Part shown: positions 39,730 to 51,961 of the stretch, in pieces
How positions within the stretch are numbered: the stretch's first letter is position 1
How the letters are laid out: each line of letters starts with the position of its first letter
Assembly (NCBI GenBank): GCA_963815215.1
Contig: CAWFFU010000003.1
Location: 672,001 to 736,000, forward strand
Direction of reading: 5' to 3'
DNA length: 64,000 nt
DNA from: an uncultured Trueperaceae bacterium
GTDB taxonomy: Bacteria; Deinococcota; Deinococci; Deinococcales; Trueperaceae
Made by a program: the position numbers and the translations under genes
Notes under the pieces: generated by a model
Seen by the model: only the letters and a program-made list of their open reading frames with translations
Told to the model about the DNA's origin: nothing
The model's database searches: none

Positions 39730-41145
39730 TCAGTTGAGCAGCCGGTCGTTGCCGCCCAGCACCGCCTGTGCCGCCTGCAGGTGCCGTCGCAGCGGCAGGT
39801 ACCACTCGCTGCCCGGATCGGTGTACTCGAGGGCGAGGCGGGCATGGGTGAGCACCCGCTCGGCCGTGCGCTCGCCGCGCCAGCTATGGGCGTCGGCCAG
39901 GAGCTGATGGGCACCCACCCACACGGGATCACCGGGCTGGCTGGCGCTCACCGCCTGCTCGAACCAGCTGATGGCGTCATCGAGCCGGAAGTACTCGTAG
40001 GCGACGTTGCCGAGGCACAGGCAGGCGGACCCCGTCGCCCCCATCTCCAGGGCCTGGCGCGCCAGCAGCTCGGCGGCGTCGAACTCGCCCGTCTTGAGGC
40101 GGATGTCCGCCAGGTCGGCCAGCGCCTCGGCGCGATGGGGATACGTGGGGTCGCTCACCACCTCGCCGAGCATCTCCTCGGCAGCCGTGAGCTCCTCGCT
40201 CTCCATGAGCGCGTACGCCGCCTCGTGCTGGACGTAGGGTCGGTCCTCGGCCGGGGCCGCGGTCAGCGCCTCGCGGAAGGAGCGACTGGCCTCAGGGTAG
40301 CGGTTGAGCGCCACCAACGCCTGCGCCAGGGCGAGGGCGATCTGGAAGCTCTGGATGGGGTCGGGGGTACCGCTTTCGTCGAGCGCGCTCGCCTCGCGAA
40401 GGAGTCCGAGGGCGAGGTTCGGGTTGCCGCCCTCGAGCTGCGCGCGACCCGCCAGGTAGCTCTGCATCACGCGCTCCTCGGGCCGCAGGTTACTCACGTC
40501 GACACGTTCGAGCTCGCGCAGCGCCTGCTGCGGCTCGCCCAGCTCCAGCAGCGCGCCGGCCAGGCTGAGGCGCTCGGGTTCGCACTCCGCCACCGGGGCG
40601 AGCTCGACCGATCGCGCGAAGGCGTAGGCCGCGCCCGTCCAGTCACCCAGCGCCTCCCGGCACTGTCCGGTCAGCGACCACCGTCGCCACACCAGGTAGG
40701 CCGGAAGGGAGGTGTCGTCGAGCTGCGCGAGGCGCTTCGCAGCGCTCTTGGGCGCCCCCGCGGCGAGCAAGGCGCTGGCGGCATGGTAGCCGGCGATGGG
40801 CTCGGCATCGGACGGAACCTGCCGGACGCCGCGCTTGACGTCGCCGACCGACCCTCCGCGGTAGGCCGAGAACTCCCAGTACAGGGCACGGTAGAGCGGG
40901 TGCTCGGTCAGATTGGGGTCGGCGGCGATCGCCTGCCGGAGGGCCGGCATCCCGTTGTCGACGCCGTCCTCGGCGTAGAGCGCGTACACCGCCGCCAGAT
41001 GCAGCCAGAACTGGCCCTGGGCCCCCCGCCCGTACGGTCGCCGTGCGGCGTCTTCCAGTAGGGCGAAGGCCACGTCGTACTGACCTTCGGCCAGCGCCCG
41101 CTGCGCCGGCTCCAGGTCGACCGAGCGCGACCTGCGGAACATCAC
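39730..41145 (-). CDS. tetratricopeptide-repeat protein
   Basis: Repeated helical A/L/Y/G TPR-like patterns (e.g. LGNVAYEYFRLDDAISWFEQAV). Confidence 0.8.
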   Translation of the reverse strand: MMFRRSRSVDLEPAQRALAEGQYDVAFALLEDAARRPYGRGAQGQFWLHLAAVYALYAEDGVDNGMPALRQAIAADPNLTEHPLYRALYWEFSAYRGGSVGDVKRGVRQVPSDAEPIAGYHAASALLAAGAPKSAAKRLAQLDDTSLPAYLVWRRWSLTGQCREALGDWTGAAYAFARSVELAPVAECEPERLSLAGALLELGEPQQALRELERVDVSNLRPEERVMQSYLAGRAQLEGGNPNLALGLLREASALDESGTPDPIQSFQIALALAQALVALNRYPEASRSFREALTAAPAEDRPYVQHEAAYALMESEELTAAEEMLGEVVSDPTYPHRAEALADLADIRLKTGEFDAAELLARQALEMGATGSACLCLGNVAYEYFRLDDAISWFEQAVSASQPGDPVWVGAHQLLADAHSWRGERTAERVLTHARLALEYTDPGSEWYLPLRRHLQAAQAVLGGNDRLLN

Positions 41146-41212
41146 GCCGTCACGCTACCACGGGCTTTCGCGGCGAGCGATGGTAAACGCCGCACAGTGG
41201 CGCGTTCTTCGA

Positions 41213-41956
41213 TCAGAGCCAGGGCACCGTCCGCGGGCCCTCGCCGGTCGCGGCCGCCGGCCGGGCTCGGTGGAACCCCTCCACGCTCAGCCGGCGGGTG
41301 AACCGTGCCATGAACTGGAGCACCGACAGCGCCTGCGTGCGGTGCTGCGCCATCGCCCGCAGCTTGGGCTCCAGGAAGGCACCCGCCTCGACCACGTGCG
41401 TCGGAGCCAGGTGTCCGGCGCGGATGACCTCGGGGTCCAGGAAGCCGGGCCGCGCCGGGCCGTCGTAGGCACCGTCGCTCGCGAAGTAGTAGAGCCGCTC
41501 GACGGGCACCGTGGCGGCGTCGACGGCCTTGCGTGCCAGCCGGTGCGCAGTGACGTGGTCGGGGTGGCCGTTGCTACCGTTGGGAGGGAAGGTGAGCACG
41601 ACCTGCGGGCGCGTGCGTTCGACCACCTCGACCACGCGGGAGAGGAGCTCGTCCTCGTCCAGTGACTGCAGCCCCGCATGGACGGGGATGCCACGATCGG
41701 CATCGGGGACGAAGTCCGGATAGTCGAACACGGTGACGTCCTCGACACCGAGCGCGGCCAACGACGCCCGCAGCTCGGCCTCGCGCACGTCCGGTAGATC
41801 CGCGCGCGGGCACAACTCCAACGACCTCCCGGCCCGACCCCGGGTCAGCGTCAGGGTCGCGACCCGGCGGCCGTGCGCGGCCATGCGGGCGAAGAGAGCG
41901 CCGCACCCGAAGACCTCGTCGTCCGGATGGGGAACGATCAGAAGCAGGTCCGTCAT
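41213..41956 (-). CDS. PIG-L/LmbE family deacetylase (BshB/MshB-like)
   Basis: PHPDDE, TRGRAG, REAEL, GHPDH, HRTQ. Confidence 0.88.
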   Translation of the reverse strand: MTDLLLIVPHPDDEVFGCGALFARMAAHGRRVATLTLTRGRAGRSLELCPRADLPDVREAELRASLAALGVEDVTVFDYPDFVPDADRGIPVHAGLQSLDEDELLSRVVEVVERTRPQVVLTFPPNGSNGHPDHVTAHRLARKAVDAATVPVERLYYFASDGAYDGPARPGFLDPEVIRAGHLAPTHVVEAGAFLEPKLRAMAQHRTQALSVLQFMARFTRRLSVEGFHRARPAAATGEGPRTVPWL

Positions 41957-42033
41957 GAGACCGATGATACCCACCGGCCCGCGCCCGACGTCACGGACAC
42001 GCCGCGCGGCCCGGCCCCGACGTCGTCTCGGCC

Positions 42034-44610
42034 TCAGTTGGTCGGCGCAGGTTGCTCCGTCTGGAAGCGGAAGCCTGTGTCCCCGACCTCCACCAACACG
42101 CGGTCGCCGTCCTGAACGTCACCGGCGATGATCGAACGCGAGAGTGGCGTCTCGATGTACTGGCGCACCGCCCGCTTCAGCGGACGGGCCCCGAACACCG
42201 GGTCGAAACCGAGCCGGGCGAGCTCGTCCATGGCGGCCGGGGTCAACTCGAGCCGGATGTGCCGGTCGGCCAGGCGGGCGCGGACCTGGTCGAGCTGGAT
42301 GGCTGCGATCGCCGCCACCTGATCGCGCCCCAGCGCGTGGAACACGATGATGTCGTCGACGCGATTGAGGAACTCGGGTCGGAAGTGCTCCTGCAACAGC
42401 CCGAGTACGGTGGCCCGGAGCTGCGCGTCGTTGGCGCCCGCCCGGCTGGCCTCCAGGATCTGAGGGCTGCCGATGTTGCTCGTCATGACCACGACCGTGT
42501 TGCGGAAATCGACCGTGCGTCCGTGGGCATCGGTGAGACGGCCGTCGTCGAGCATCTGCAGCAGGGTGTTGAAGACGTCGGGGTGCGCCTTCTCGATCTC
42601 ATCGAAGAGGATCACGCTGTAGGGGTGGCGTCGGACCGCTTCGGTGAGCTGTCCACCCTCGTCGTAGCCGACATAGCCGGGAGGCGCCCCGATCAGCTTG
42701 GCCACCGTGTGCTTCTCCATGTACTCGCTCATGTCCAGTCGGATCATGTTGTCTTCGGTATCGAAGAGTTGTTGCGCCAGCGCCTTGGCGGTCTCCGTCT
42801 TCCCCACCCCGGTCGGCCCCAGGAAGATGAACGATCCGATCGGTCGGCGCGGATCAGCCAACCCGGCCCGCGAACGGCGGATGGCGTCGGCCACCGCGTT
42901 GATCGCCTCGTCCTGTCCTACGACGCGCTCGTGGAGCGCTCCTTCGAGCTCCAGCAGCTTCTCGCGCTCGCCCTCGATGAGCCTCGACACGGGGATGCCG
43001 GTGGCGCGTCCAACGACCTCGGCCACCTCGTTCTCCCCCACCTCCAGGCGGACGTAGCGCGCGCCCTCGAGCCGCTCGCTCAACTCGCGCAGGCTACGCT
43101 CGAGCTTGGGGAGCTCGCCGTAACGCAGCTGTGCCGCCTTCTCCAGGTCGTACTCACGCTCGGCCCGGTCGATCTGCGTGCGCACCTCCTCGAGTTGCTC
43201 CTGGTTGGCGCGCAGTTCCTCGAGCACGCTTCGCTCGGCCTCCCAGTCCGACTGGGCGCGCTCGATCTGATCCTCGATCGCGTGGAGCTCCTCCTCGATG
43301 CGCGTCAGCCGCTGCGCGGAGTCGGGGTCGGCCTCCCGGCGGAGCGCTTCCTGCTCGATCTCGAGCTGCAGCTTGCGCCTGCGAAGTCCGTCGATCTCCT
43401 CGGGCAGGCTGTCGAGTTGCACCCGGATGCGGCTGGCGGCCTCGTCGATGAGGTCGATGGCCGAATCGGGCAGGCGCCGATCGGCGATGTAGCGCTGGGC
43501 CATGCCGGCCGCGGCGATGATGGCTGGGTCGCTGATGCGCACCCCATGGTGGACCTCGTACTTCTCCTTGAGTCCACGCAGGATGCTGATGGTCTCCTCC
43601 ACGCTGGGCTCGTCGACCAGGATGGGCTGGAAGCGGCGCTCCAGGGCGGCATCCTTCTCGATGTCGCGATACTCGTTGAGTGTGGTCGCCCCGATCATGC
43701 GGAGCTCCCCGCGCGCCAGCGGCGGCTTGAGCATGTTGCCCGCATCGACTGCGCCCTCGGCCTTGCCGGCGCCCACGATGGTGTGCAGCTCGTCGATGAA
43801 CAGCAGGATCTCGCCCTTGGAGCGCACGGTCTCCTGGATCACGCCCTTGAGCCGCTCCTCGAACTCGCCACGGTACTTGGCGCCCGCCAGCAGGCTGCCC
43901 ATGTCGAGCTGGATGATGCGCTTCCCCTGCAGCCCCTCAGGCACATCCTTGTGGACGATGCGTTGCGCCAGGCCCTCGGCGATGGCCGTCTTGCCGACGC
44001 CGGGCTCGCCGATCAGCACTGGGTTGTTCTTGGTGCGGCGCAGCAGAATCTGGATAGCGCGCCGGATCTCCTCGTCGCGACCGATCACCGGGTCGAGGCC
44101 GCCCTCGCGCGCCCGCTGCGTCAGGTCGATGCCGTAGCGCTCCAGGGCCTCGAAGCTCGATTCCGCCGTGCGGCTGTCGACCTTCTTGCCGCCGCGGATG
44201 GCCAACGCCGCGTCGCGCAGCGCCGCCGCCTCGGGCAGCGCGCGCACGGCGGGGCCCCCCTTCTCACGCAGCGCCACCAGCAGGGCATCGGCCGCCACGA
44301 ACCCGTCGCCCCACTCGCGGGCGACCTGCTCGGCTCGCTCCAGCACCGGGCCCACCTCCTGGGCCATGTACTGGCCGTCAGCGCCCGACACCTTGGGCAA
44401 GCTGTCCAGCGTGGCGTCCAGCGCGCTGCGGATCTGGCCTGCGTCGCCCCCGGCGCGCTCGACCAGCCGCGCCGAGGGTCCCTGGGGGTCGGCGAGCAAC
44501 GCGGCCGCGAGGTGCGCGGCGCTCACCTGCTGGTGGTTACGCGTCCGGGCGACCTGCTGCGCGTTGGCGATCCCCTGCAACGCCGTCTCGGTGAAGCGTT
44601 CGGCATCCAT
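42034..44610 (-). CDS. clpB: ATP-dependent chaperone ClpB
   Basis: Two AAA+ modules ([16 protein letters not shown]), long M-domain coiled coil, [17 protein letters not shown]. Confidence 0.97.
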   Translation of the reverse strand: MDAERFTETALQGIANAQQVARTRNHQQVSAAHLAAALLADPQGPSARLVERAGGDAGQIRSALDATLDSLPKVSGADGQYMAQEVGPVLERAEQVAREWGDGFVAADALLVALREKGGPAVRALPEAAALRDAALAIRGGKKVDSRTAESSFEALERYGIDLTQRAREGGLDPVIGRDEEIRRAIQILLRRTKNNPVLIGEPGVGKTAIAEGLAQRIVHKDVPEGLQGKRIIQLDMGSLLAGAKYRGEFEERLKGVIQETVRSKGEILLFIDELHTIVGAGKAEGAVDAGNMLKPPLARGELRMIGATTLNEYRDIEKDAALERRFQPILVDEPSVEETISILRGLKEKYEVHHGVRISDPAIIAAAGMAQRYIADRRLPDSAIDLIDEAASRIRVQLDSLPEEIDGLRRRKLQLEIEQEALRREADPDSAQRLTRIEEELHAIEDQIERAQSDWEAERSVLEELRANQEQLEEVRTQIDRAEREYDLEKAAQLRYGELPKLERSLRELSERLEGARYVRLEVGENEVAEVVGRATGIPVSRLIEGEREKLLELEGALHERVVGQDEAINAVADAIRRSRAGLADPRRPIGSFIFLGPTGVGKTETAKALAQQLFDTEDNMIRLDMSEYMEKHTVAKLIGAPPGYVGYDEGGQLTEAVRRHPYSVILFDEIEKAHPDVFNTLLQMLDDGRLTDAHGRTVDFRNTVVVMTSNIGSPQILEASRAGANDAQLRATVLGLLQEHFRPEFLNRVDDIIVFHALGRDQVAAIAAIQLDQVRARLADRHIRLELTPAAMDELARLGFDPVFGARPLKRAVRQYIETPLSRSIIAGDVQDGDRVLVEVGDTGFRFQTEQPAPTN

Positions 44611-44617
44611 GCTCACG

Positions 44618-44648
44618 ATGATAGAAACTTGAGTGCCGGTGTGTCAAG
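44618..44648 (-). promoter_or_regulatory. clpB promoter with HAIR (HspR) operator
   Basis: TTGACA-N18-TATCAT on the minus strand; CTTGAGT-N7-TGTCAAG (44628-44648) vs HAIR consensus CTTGAGT-N7-ACTCAAG. Confidence 0.82.
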
Positions 44649-44653
44649 TTTTC

Positions 44654-45544
44654 TCAGTTACCGTCCGACCGCCGGCGCCAGACCTCCCGCCCCTGCTCGT
44701 CCAGCATCTGGACGTCGCGCTGGCTCAGGCGCAGTGAGGCGGCCCCCATGTTCTGCTCGAGGTGCGTCACCCGGCCGGTGCCCGGGATAGGAAGCATGAC
44801 CGGGCTGCGCTCGAGCAGCCAGGCGAGCGCCACCTGACCGTGGCTGGCTCCGCTGCGTTGCGCCATGCTGTCGAGCAGGCCGCCGGGGCGCGCCAGCTCG
44901 CCCGCCGCCAGCGGGAACCACGGGATGAAGCCGATGTCGTTGGCCTCGCAGTACTCCAGCACCGCTTCACTGTGACGGTTGGCGAGGTTGTAGAGGTTCT
45001 GCACGGTCGCGACCTCGAACACGCGGCGCGCCGCCTCGATCTCGTCGACGCTCACCTCGCTCAGGCCCACGTGACGGATGAGCCCCTCGTCCTGCATCTC
45101 CTTGATGACCGCGAACTGCTCGTCACGCGGGACCAGCGGATCGATCCGGTGGAGCTGCCACAGATCGATGCGCTCGACGCCCAGGCGCCGAAGGCTCATC
45201 AGCACGCACTGTCGCAGGTACTCCGGGCGCCCCACCGGCTTCCAGATGTCGGGGCCGTGGCGGGTCAGTCCGCCCTTGGTGGCGATCACCAGCCCCCGGT
45301 AGGGATGCAGCGTCTCGCGCAGCAGGTCCTCACTCACGAACGGACCGTAGGAGTCGGCGGTGTCGATGAAGTCGACTCCCAGGTCGGGCAGGCGTTCCAG
45401 CACGCGGCGCGCTTCCGCGGGGTCGGCCGGCTCACCCCAGATGCCTGCGCCGGTGACGCGCATGGCTCCGAAGCCGAGCCTGTGGACGGTCAGGTCGCCC
45501 CCGATGGTGAAGGTGGTGGATCGCTTGGCAGAGTCGTCGGACAT
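44654..45544 (-). CDS. aldo/keto reductase
   Basis: [45 protein letters not shown]. Confidence 0.92.
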   Translation of the reverse strand: MSDDSAKRSTTFTIGGDLTVHRLGFGAMRVTGAGIWGEPADPAEARRVLERLPDLGVDFIDTADSYGPFVSEDLLRETLHPYRGLVIATKGGLTRHGPDIWKPVGRPEYLRQCVLMSLRRLGVERIDLWQLHRIDPLVPRDEQFAVIKEMQDEGLIRHVGLSEVSVDEIEAARRVFEVATVQNLYNLANRHSEAVLEYCEANDIGFIPWFPLAAGELARPGGLLDSMAQRSGASHGQVALAWLLERSPVMLPIPGTGRVTHLEQNMGAASLRLSQRDVQMLDEQGREVWRRRSDGN

Positions 45545-45621
45545 GACGACCTCCTTCCGACGAGCATTGTCCACCGCGCGTTCGGCGGAGCGTGTCGTGC
45601 GGGCGGGCGGCGCTCACGCCA

Positions 45622-45659
45622 ACGCGCCCCTCCCCCGGTACCGGCGGGGAGGGGCGCGT
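45622..45659 (-). terminator. hairpin downstream of pntB
   Basis: 14-bp stem ACGCGCCCCTCCCC/GGGGAGGGGCGCGT. Confidence 0.6.
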
Positions 45660-45676
45660 GAATGTCGGCGAGGGGC

Positions 45677-47056
<1,380 letters not shown>

Positions 47057-47065
47057 GGGGCTTCC

Positions 47066-47347
47066 CTAGTCCTTCTTGCCGGTCTTGAACATCGCCAGCA
47101 TACGGTCGGTCACCAGGTAGCCGCCGACCACGTTGATCGTGGCGAACGCCACCGCGAGCACCGCCAGGACGGTCCCGAAGGTGCCGTGGATCGCCGTGGC
47201 CGCCAGGGCCCCGACGATACTGATCCCCGAGATCGCGTTCGAGCCCGACATCAACGGGGTGTGGAGCTGCGACGGCACCTTACCGATCAGCTCGAGACCC
47301 AGAAAGATGGAGAGCACGAAGATGAACAGCAGCAGGAGCATCGTCAC
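47066..47347 (-). CDS. pntAB: NAD(P) transhydrogenase subunit alpha part 2
   Basis: VP..LHTPLMSGSNAISGI, INVVGG..VTDRML.MF. Confidence 0.93.
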   Translation of the reverse strand: MTMLLLLFIFVLSIFLGLELIGKVPSQLHTPLMSGSNAISGISIVGALAATAIHGTFGTVLAVLAVAFATINVVGGYLVTDRMLAMFKTGKKD

Positions 47348-48489
47348 TTGGACCCCTCCACAACTTCGCGGACGCGACCGTCACGGATCTGGCCCTCGTG
47401 CGTGAGCAGGGCCGCACCGATCACCTCGTCCTCGGTATCGAGCTTGAGCGCGTTGGCTTCCTTGTCGTAGGCGTGCTCCAGCAGGAAGTAGACGTTGCTC
47501 GCGTACATCTGGCTGGCGTCCCGCGCCACCTCGGCCGGGAAGTTGCCCAGACCGACGATCAGCACGCCGTTGTCGGTACGTACCTCGCGGTCGGCCTGGG
47601 TGCCCTCGACGTTGCCTCCGGTCGACGCCGCCAGGTCGACGATGACCGCGCCCGGCCGCATGCCTGCGACCATCTCGGCCGAGATGATCTTGGGCGCCGG
47701 CCGCCCGAACACCTGCGCGGTGGTGATGATGACGTCGGCGCCGGCGCAGATCTTGACCATCTGCTTGCGCTGCATCTCGAGCTGTTCCTCGGTCAGGGCC
47801 TTGGCGTACCCCTGCTCGGTCTGGCCGGTCTCACCGACATCGATCTCGACGAAGCGGGCGCCCAGCGACTGCACCTGCTCCTTCACGACCGGTCGCGTGT
47901 CGTAGGCCTCGACGCGCGCACCCAGCCGCTTGGCGGTGGCGATGGCCTGCAGCCCCGCCACGCCGGCACCCACCACGAACACGCGCGCCGGCGGGATGGT
48001 ACCGGCCGGGGTGCTCATCATCGGCAGCGACTTGTCGATGCGTTCGGCCGCGATGACGACCGCGCCATAGCCCGCCAGGCTGGCCTGGCTGGAGAGCGCG
48101 TCCATCTTCTGGGCGTAGGTCGAGCGCGGGATCAGCTCCATGCAGAAGGCGCTGACCTTCGCGTCGGCCAGCGCCCGCACCGCATCCGGGCTCCGGAACG
48201 GGTCCAAGAAGCTGACGGCGATGGCCCCCTCCCGGAGGCCGCCGATCGTGGCGGGCGTGGGCTTGTTGACGGCGACCAGCGCATCGGCGCCTGCGAGCAG
48301 CGCTGCGCGATCGGGCTCGAACGTGGCGCCGACCTTCTCGTAGGCCGCATCGGCGAGGTACAGCGAGTCGCCGATCCCGGGCTCGAGCGTCACCGACATG
48401 CCGAGCCGCACGAGCTTGTCGACGACCTGGGGGGTGAGCCCCACTCGCCGTTCGCCTGCAGCTGTTTCCTTGAGCGCGACGATATTCAT
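47344..48489 (-). CDS. pntAA: NAD(P) transhydrogenase subunit alpha part 1
   Basis: KE...ERRV..TP, Q.MDALSSQA..AGY, GAGVAGLQAIATA.RLGA, DLAA.TGGN. Confidence 0.94.
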   Translation of the reverse strand: MNIVALKETAAGERRVGLTPQVVDKLVRLGMSVTLEPGIGDSLYLADAAYEKVGATFEPDRAALLAGADALVAVNKPTPATIGGLREGAIAVSFLDPFRSPDAVRALADAKVSAFCMELIPRSTYAQKMDALSSQASLAGYGAVVIAAERIDKSLPMMSTPAGTIPPARVFVVGAGVAGLQAIATAKRLGARVEAYDTRPVVKEQVQSLGARFVEIDVGETGQTEQGYAKALTEEQLEMQRKQMVKICAGADVIITTAQVFGRPAPKIISAEMVAGMRPGAVIVDLAASTGGNVEGTQADREVRTDNGVLIVGLGNFPAEVARDASQMYASNVYFLLEHAYDKEANALKLDTEDEVIGAALLTHEGQIRDGRVREVVEGSK

Positions 48490-48544
48490 TTGGCTTCGAT
48501 GATGACACACTCGTTCGCCGGGGAACCACCGGACATTCGTCCCA

Positions 48545-48560
48545 CGTGACAATCATCACG
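48545..48560. promoter_or_regulatory. GTGA-N6-TCAC palindrome (Rex- or CRP/FNR-like site) between pntAA and pfkA
   Basis: CGTGA-CAATCA-TCACG, an AT-rich spacer in GC-rich DNA. Confidence 0.45.
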
Positions 48561-48691
48561 ACCGGGGTGGGACACCGACTGCGCGGGCGTCCGTGCCTCG
48601 CGCCATCGGAGCGAGGTCGGGCGTCGCCGGGATGGTCGGGGACGAACGACCCGCCAGACATGCGGCGCCAGCGAGCTATACTGGTCGGCCG

Positions 48692-49660
48692 ATGAAGCAC
48701 GTGGCCATTCTCACCAGCGGGGGCGACGCTCCGGGCATGAACGCGGCCATCCGGGCGGTCGTTCGCACCGCCGTGTACGAGGGTCTCGACATCTCCGCGG
48801 TCTACCGCGGCTATCAGGGCCTGATCGAGAACGACATCGTCCAGGTCGGGGCCCGCGCCGTCGCCAACATCATCCAGCGGGGCGGCACCATCCTCCGCAC
48901 GGCGCGCTCCCAGGCCTTCAAGGAGCCCGAGGGGCGGGCGCAGGCGGTGGCCAACCTCCAGTCCCACGACATCGACGGCCTCGTGGTCATCGGCGGCGAC
49001 GGCAGCTTCCGCGGCGCCTATCGTTTGTTCGAGGAGCACGGTTTCCCCGTCGTCGGCATCCCCGCCACCATCGACAACGATATCTACGGCACCGACGTGT
49101 CGATCGGCTTCAACACGGCCATCAACATCGCGCTCGACGCCGTCGATCGACTTCGCGACACCGCCGCCAGCCACGACCGCCTGTTCCTGGTCGAGGTCAT
49201 GGGGCGCCACTCCGGGCACATCGCCCTCCACGTGGGCCTGGCGGGCGGCGCCGAGGCGGTGCTGCTGCCGGAGGTCCGCATCGGGGCCGATGAGGTCGTG
49301 GACATGATCGTGGCGGCGCAACAGCGCGGCAAGAGCTCGAGCATCGTGATCGTCGCGGAAGGAGCCTACGACGGCGGCGCCATGGCCCTCCAGACCCACG
49401 TCCGCGAGCGCTGCGGCTACGAGGTGCGCACCGTCATCCTCGGCCACACCCAGCGTGGCGGCTCGCCGTCGACGCGCGACCGCGTGCTCGCGTCGAGGCT
49501 CGGCTTCCACGCCGTGCGCAGCTTGCTCGACGGCCGCAGCGGGGTGATGGTGGGGATCGACAAGCGCGGCATCGCCCACGTCCCGCTGAAGGACGTCTGG
49601 GAGCTACGCAAGGACATCGACTGGGAGCTCGTCGAGATGGCGGGCGTCCTGGCCATCTGA
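48692..49660 (+). CDS. pfkA: ATP-dependent 6-phosphofructokinase
   Basis: TSGGDAPGMNA, GGTIL.TAR, GGDGS, PATIDND, EVMGR, LGHTQRGG. Confidence 0.96.
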   Translation: MKHVAILTSGGDAPGMNAAIRAVVRTAVYEGLDISAVYRGYQGLIENDIVQVGARAVANIIQRGGTILRTARSQAFKEPEGRAQAVANLQSHDIDGLVVIGGDGSFRGAYRLFEEHGFPVVGIPATIDNDIYGTDVSIGFNTAINIALDAVDRLRDTAASHDRLFLVEVMGRHSGHIALHVGLAGGAEAVLLPEVRIGADEVVDMIVAAQQRGKSSSIVIVAEGAYDGGAMALQTHVRERCGYEVRTVILGHTQRGGSPSTRDRVLASRLGFHAVRSLLDGRSGVMVGIDKRGIAHVPLKDVWELRKDIDWELVEMAGVLAI

Positions 49661-49683
49661 GCTCGGCGCCGCGCGAGCCGCGC

Positions 49684-51015
<1,332 letters not shown>

Positions 51016-51060
51016 CTAGCATCGAGAGCGGCGCCGCACGGCGCCGGCAAGGAGGCCGGC

Positions 51061-51960
51061 ATGCAGCTAGGGATGGTAGGGCTCGGACGGATGGGCGCCA
51101 ACATGACGCGGCGGCTCATGAAGGGCGGGCACGGCGTGGCGGTGACCGACATCGACGGAAGCGCCGTCCGTGATCTGGTGGAGGAGGGCGCCACCGGAGC
51201 GGCCTCGGTGTCCGAGCTCATCGAGAAGCTCCCCGCGCCCCGGGTGCTGTGGCTGATGGTGCCGGCGGGCGACACCACCGAGGCGGTCTTCGCCGAGGCG
51301 CTGGCGCACCTCGACCAGGGGGACATCCTGATCGACGGCGCCAACTCGCACTACACAGACACGCGCCGCCGCGGCGAGGAGGCCGACCGCCGGGGCGTGC
51401 GCATGCTCGATGCCGGCGTGTCCGGCGGCGTCTGGGGCCTGGCCGAGGGCTACAACCTGATGGTCGGTGGCGAGGCGGGCGCCTTCGAGACCGCCCGCCC
51501 GGCGCTGGAGACGCTGGCCCCCGATAACGGCGTCGCGCACGTCGGGCCGGTCGGCGCGGGGCACTTCGTGAAGATGGTGCACAACGGCATCGAGTACGGC
51601 CTGCTGCAGGCGTACGGCGAAGGCTTCGAGGCGCTCGCCGCCTATCCCCACGCCGACCTCGACCTGGAGAGGATCGCCGATCTGTGGACGCACGGTGCGG
51701 TGGTCCGCTCCTGGCTGCTCGATCTCCTCGCGCGCGCCTTCGAGCAGGATCCGGCCCTCGACGGCATCCACGGCTACGTCGACGACAGCGGCATGGGGCG
51801 CTGGACGGTCGACTTCGGTGTGGAGCGGGCGGTTCCGCTGCCCGCCATCAGCGCGGCGCTGTTCGCACGGTTCCGAAGCCGTCAGGACGACAGCTTCAGC
51901 GCCAAGGTGGTGGCCGCGCTGCGCAACCAGTTCGGCGGCCACCCGGTCCGGGAGGCCTGA
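51061..51960 (+). CDS. gnd: 6-phosphogluconate dehydrogenase (short, YqeC-type)
   Basis: GLGRMG, WLMVP, DAGVSGG, GHFVKMVHNGIEY, RNQFGGH. Confidence 0.94.
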   Translation: MQLGMVGLGRMGANMTRRLMKGGHGVAVTDIDGSAVRDLVEEGATGAASVSELIEKLPAPRVLWLMVPAGDTTEAVFAEALAHLDQGDILIDGANSHYTDTRRRGEEADRRGVRMLDAGVSGGVWGLAEGYNLMVGGEAGAFETARPALETLAPDNGVAHVGPVGAGHFVKMVHNGIEYGLLQAYGEGFEALAAYPHADLDLERIADLWTHGAVVRSWLLDLLARAFEQDPALDGIHGYVDDSGMGRWTVDFGVERAVPLPAISAALFARFRSRQDDSFSAKVVAALRNQFGGHPVREA

Positions 51961-51961
51961 G

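Noticed and set aside
42052..44790. 912-aa plus-strand ORF (and similar long ORFs antisense to gabT, GH3, pntB, tyrS)
   Set aside because: Stop-poor antisense frames expected from GC-rich codon usage; no recognisable motifs, and they fully overlap well-supported genes
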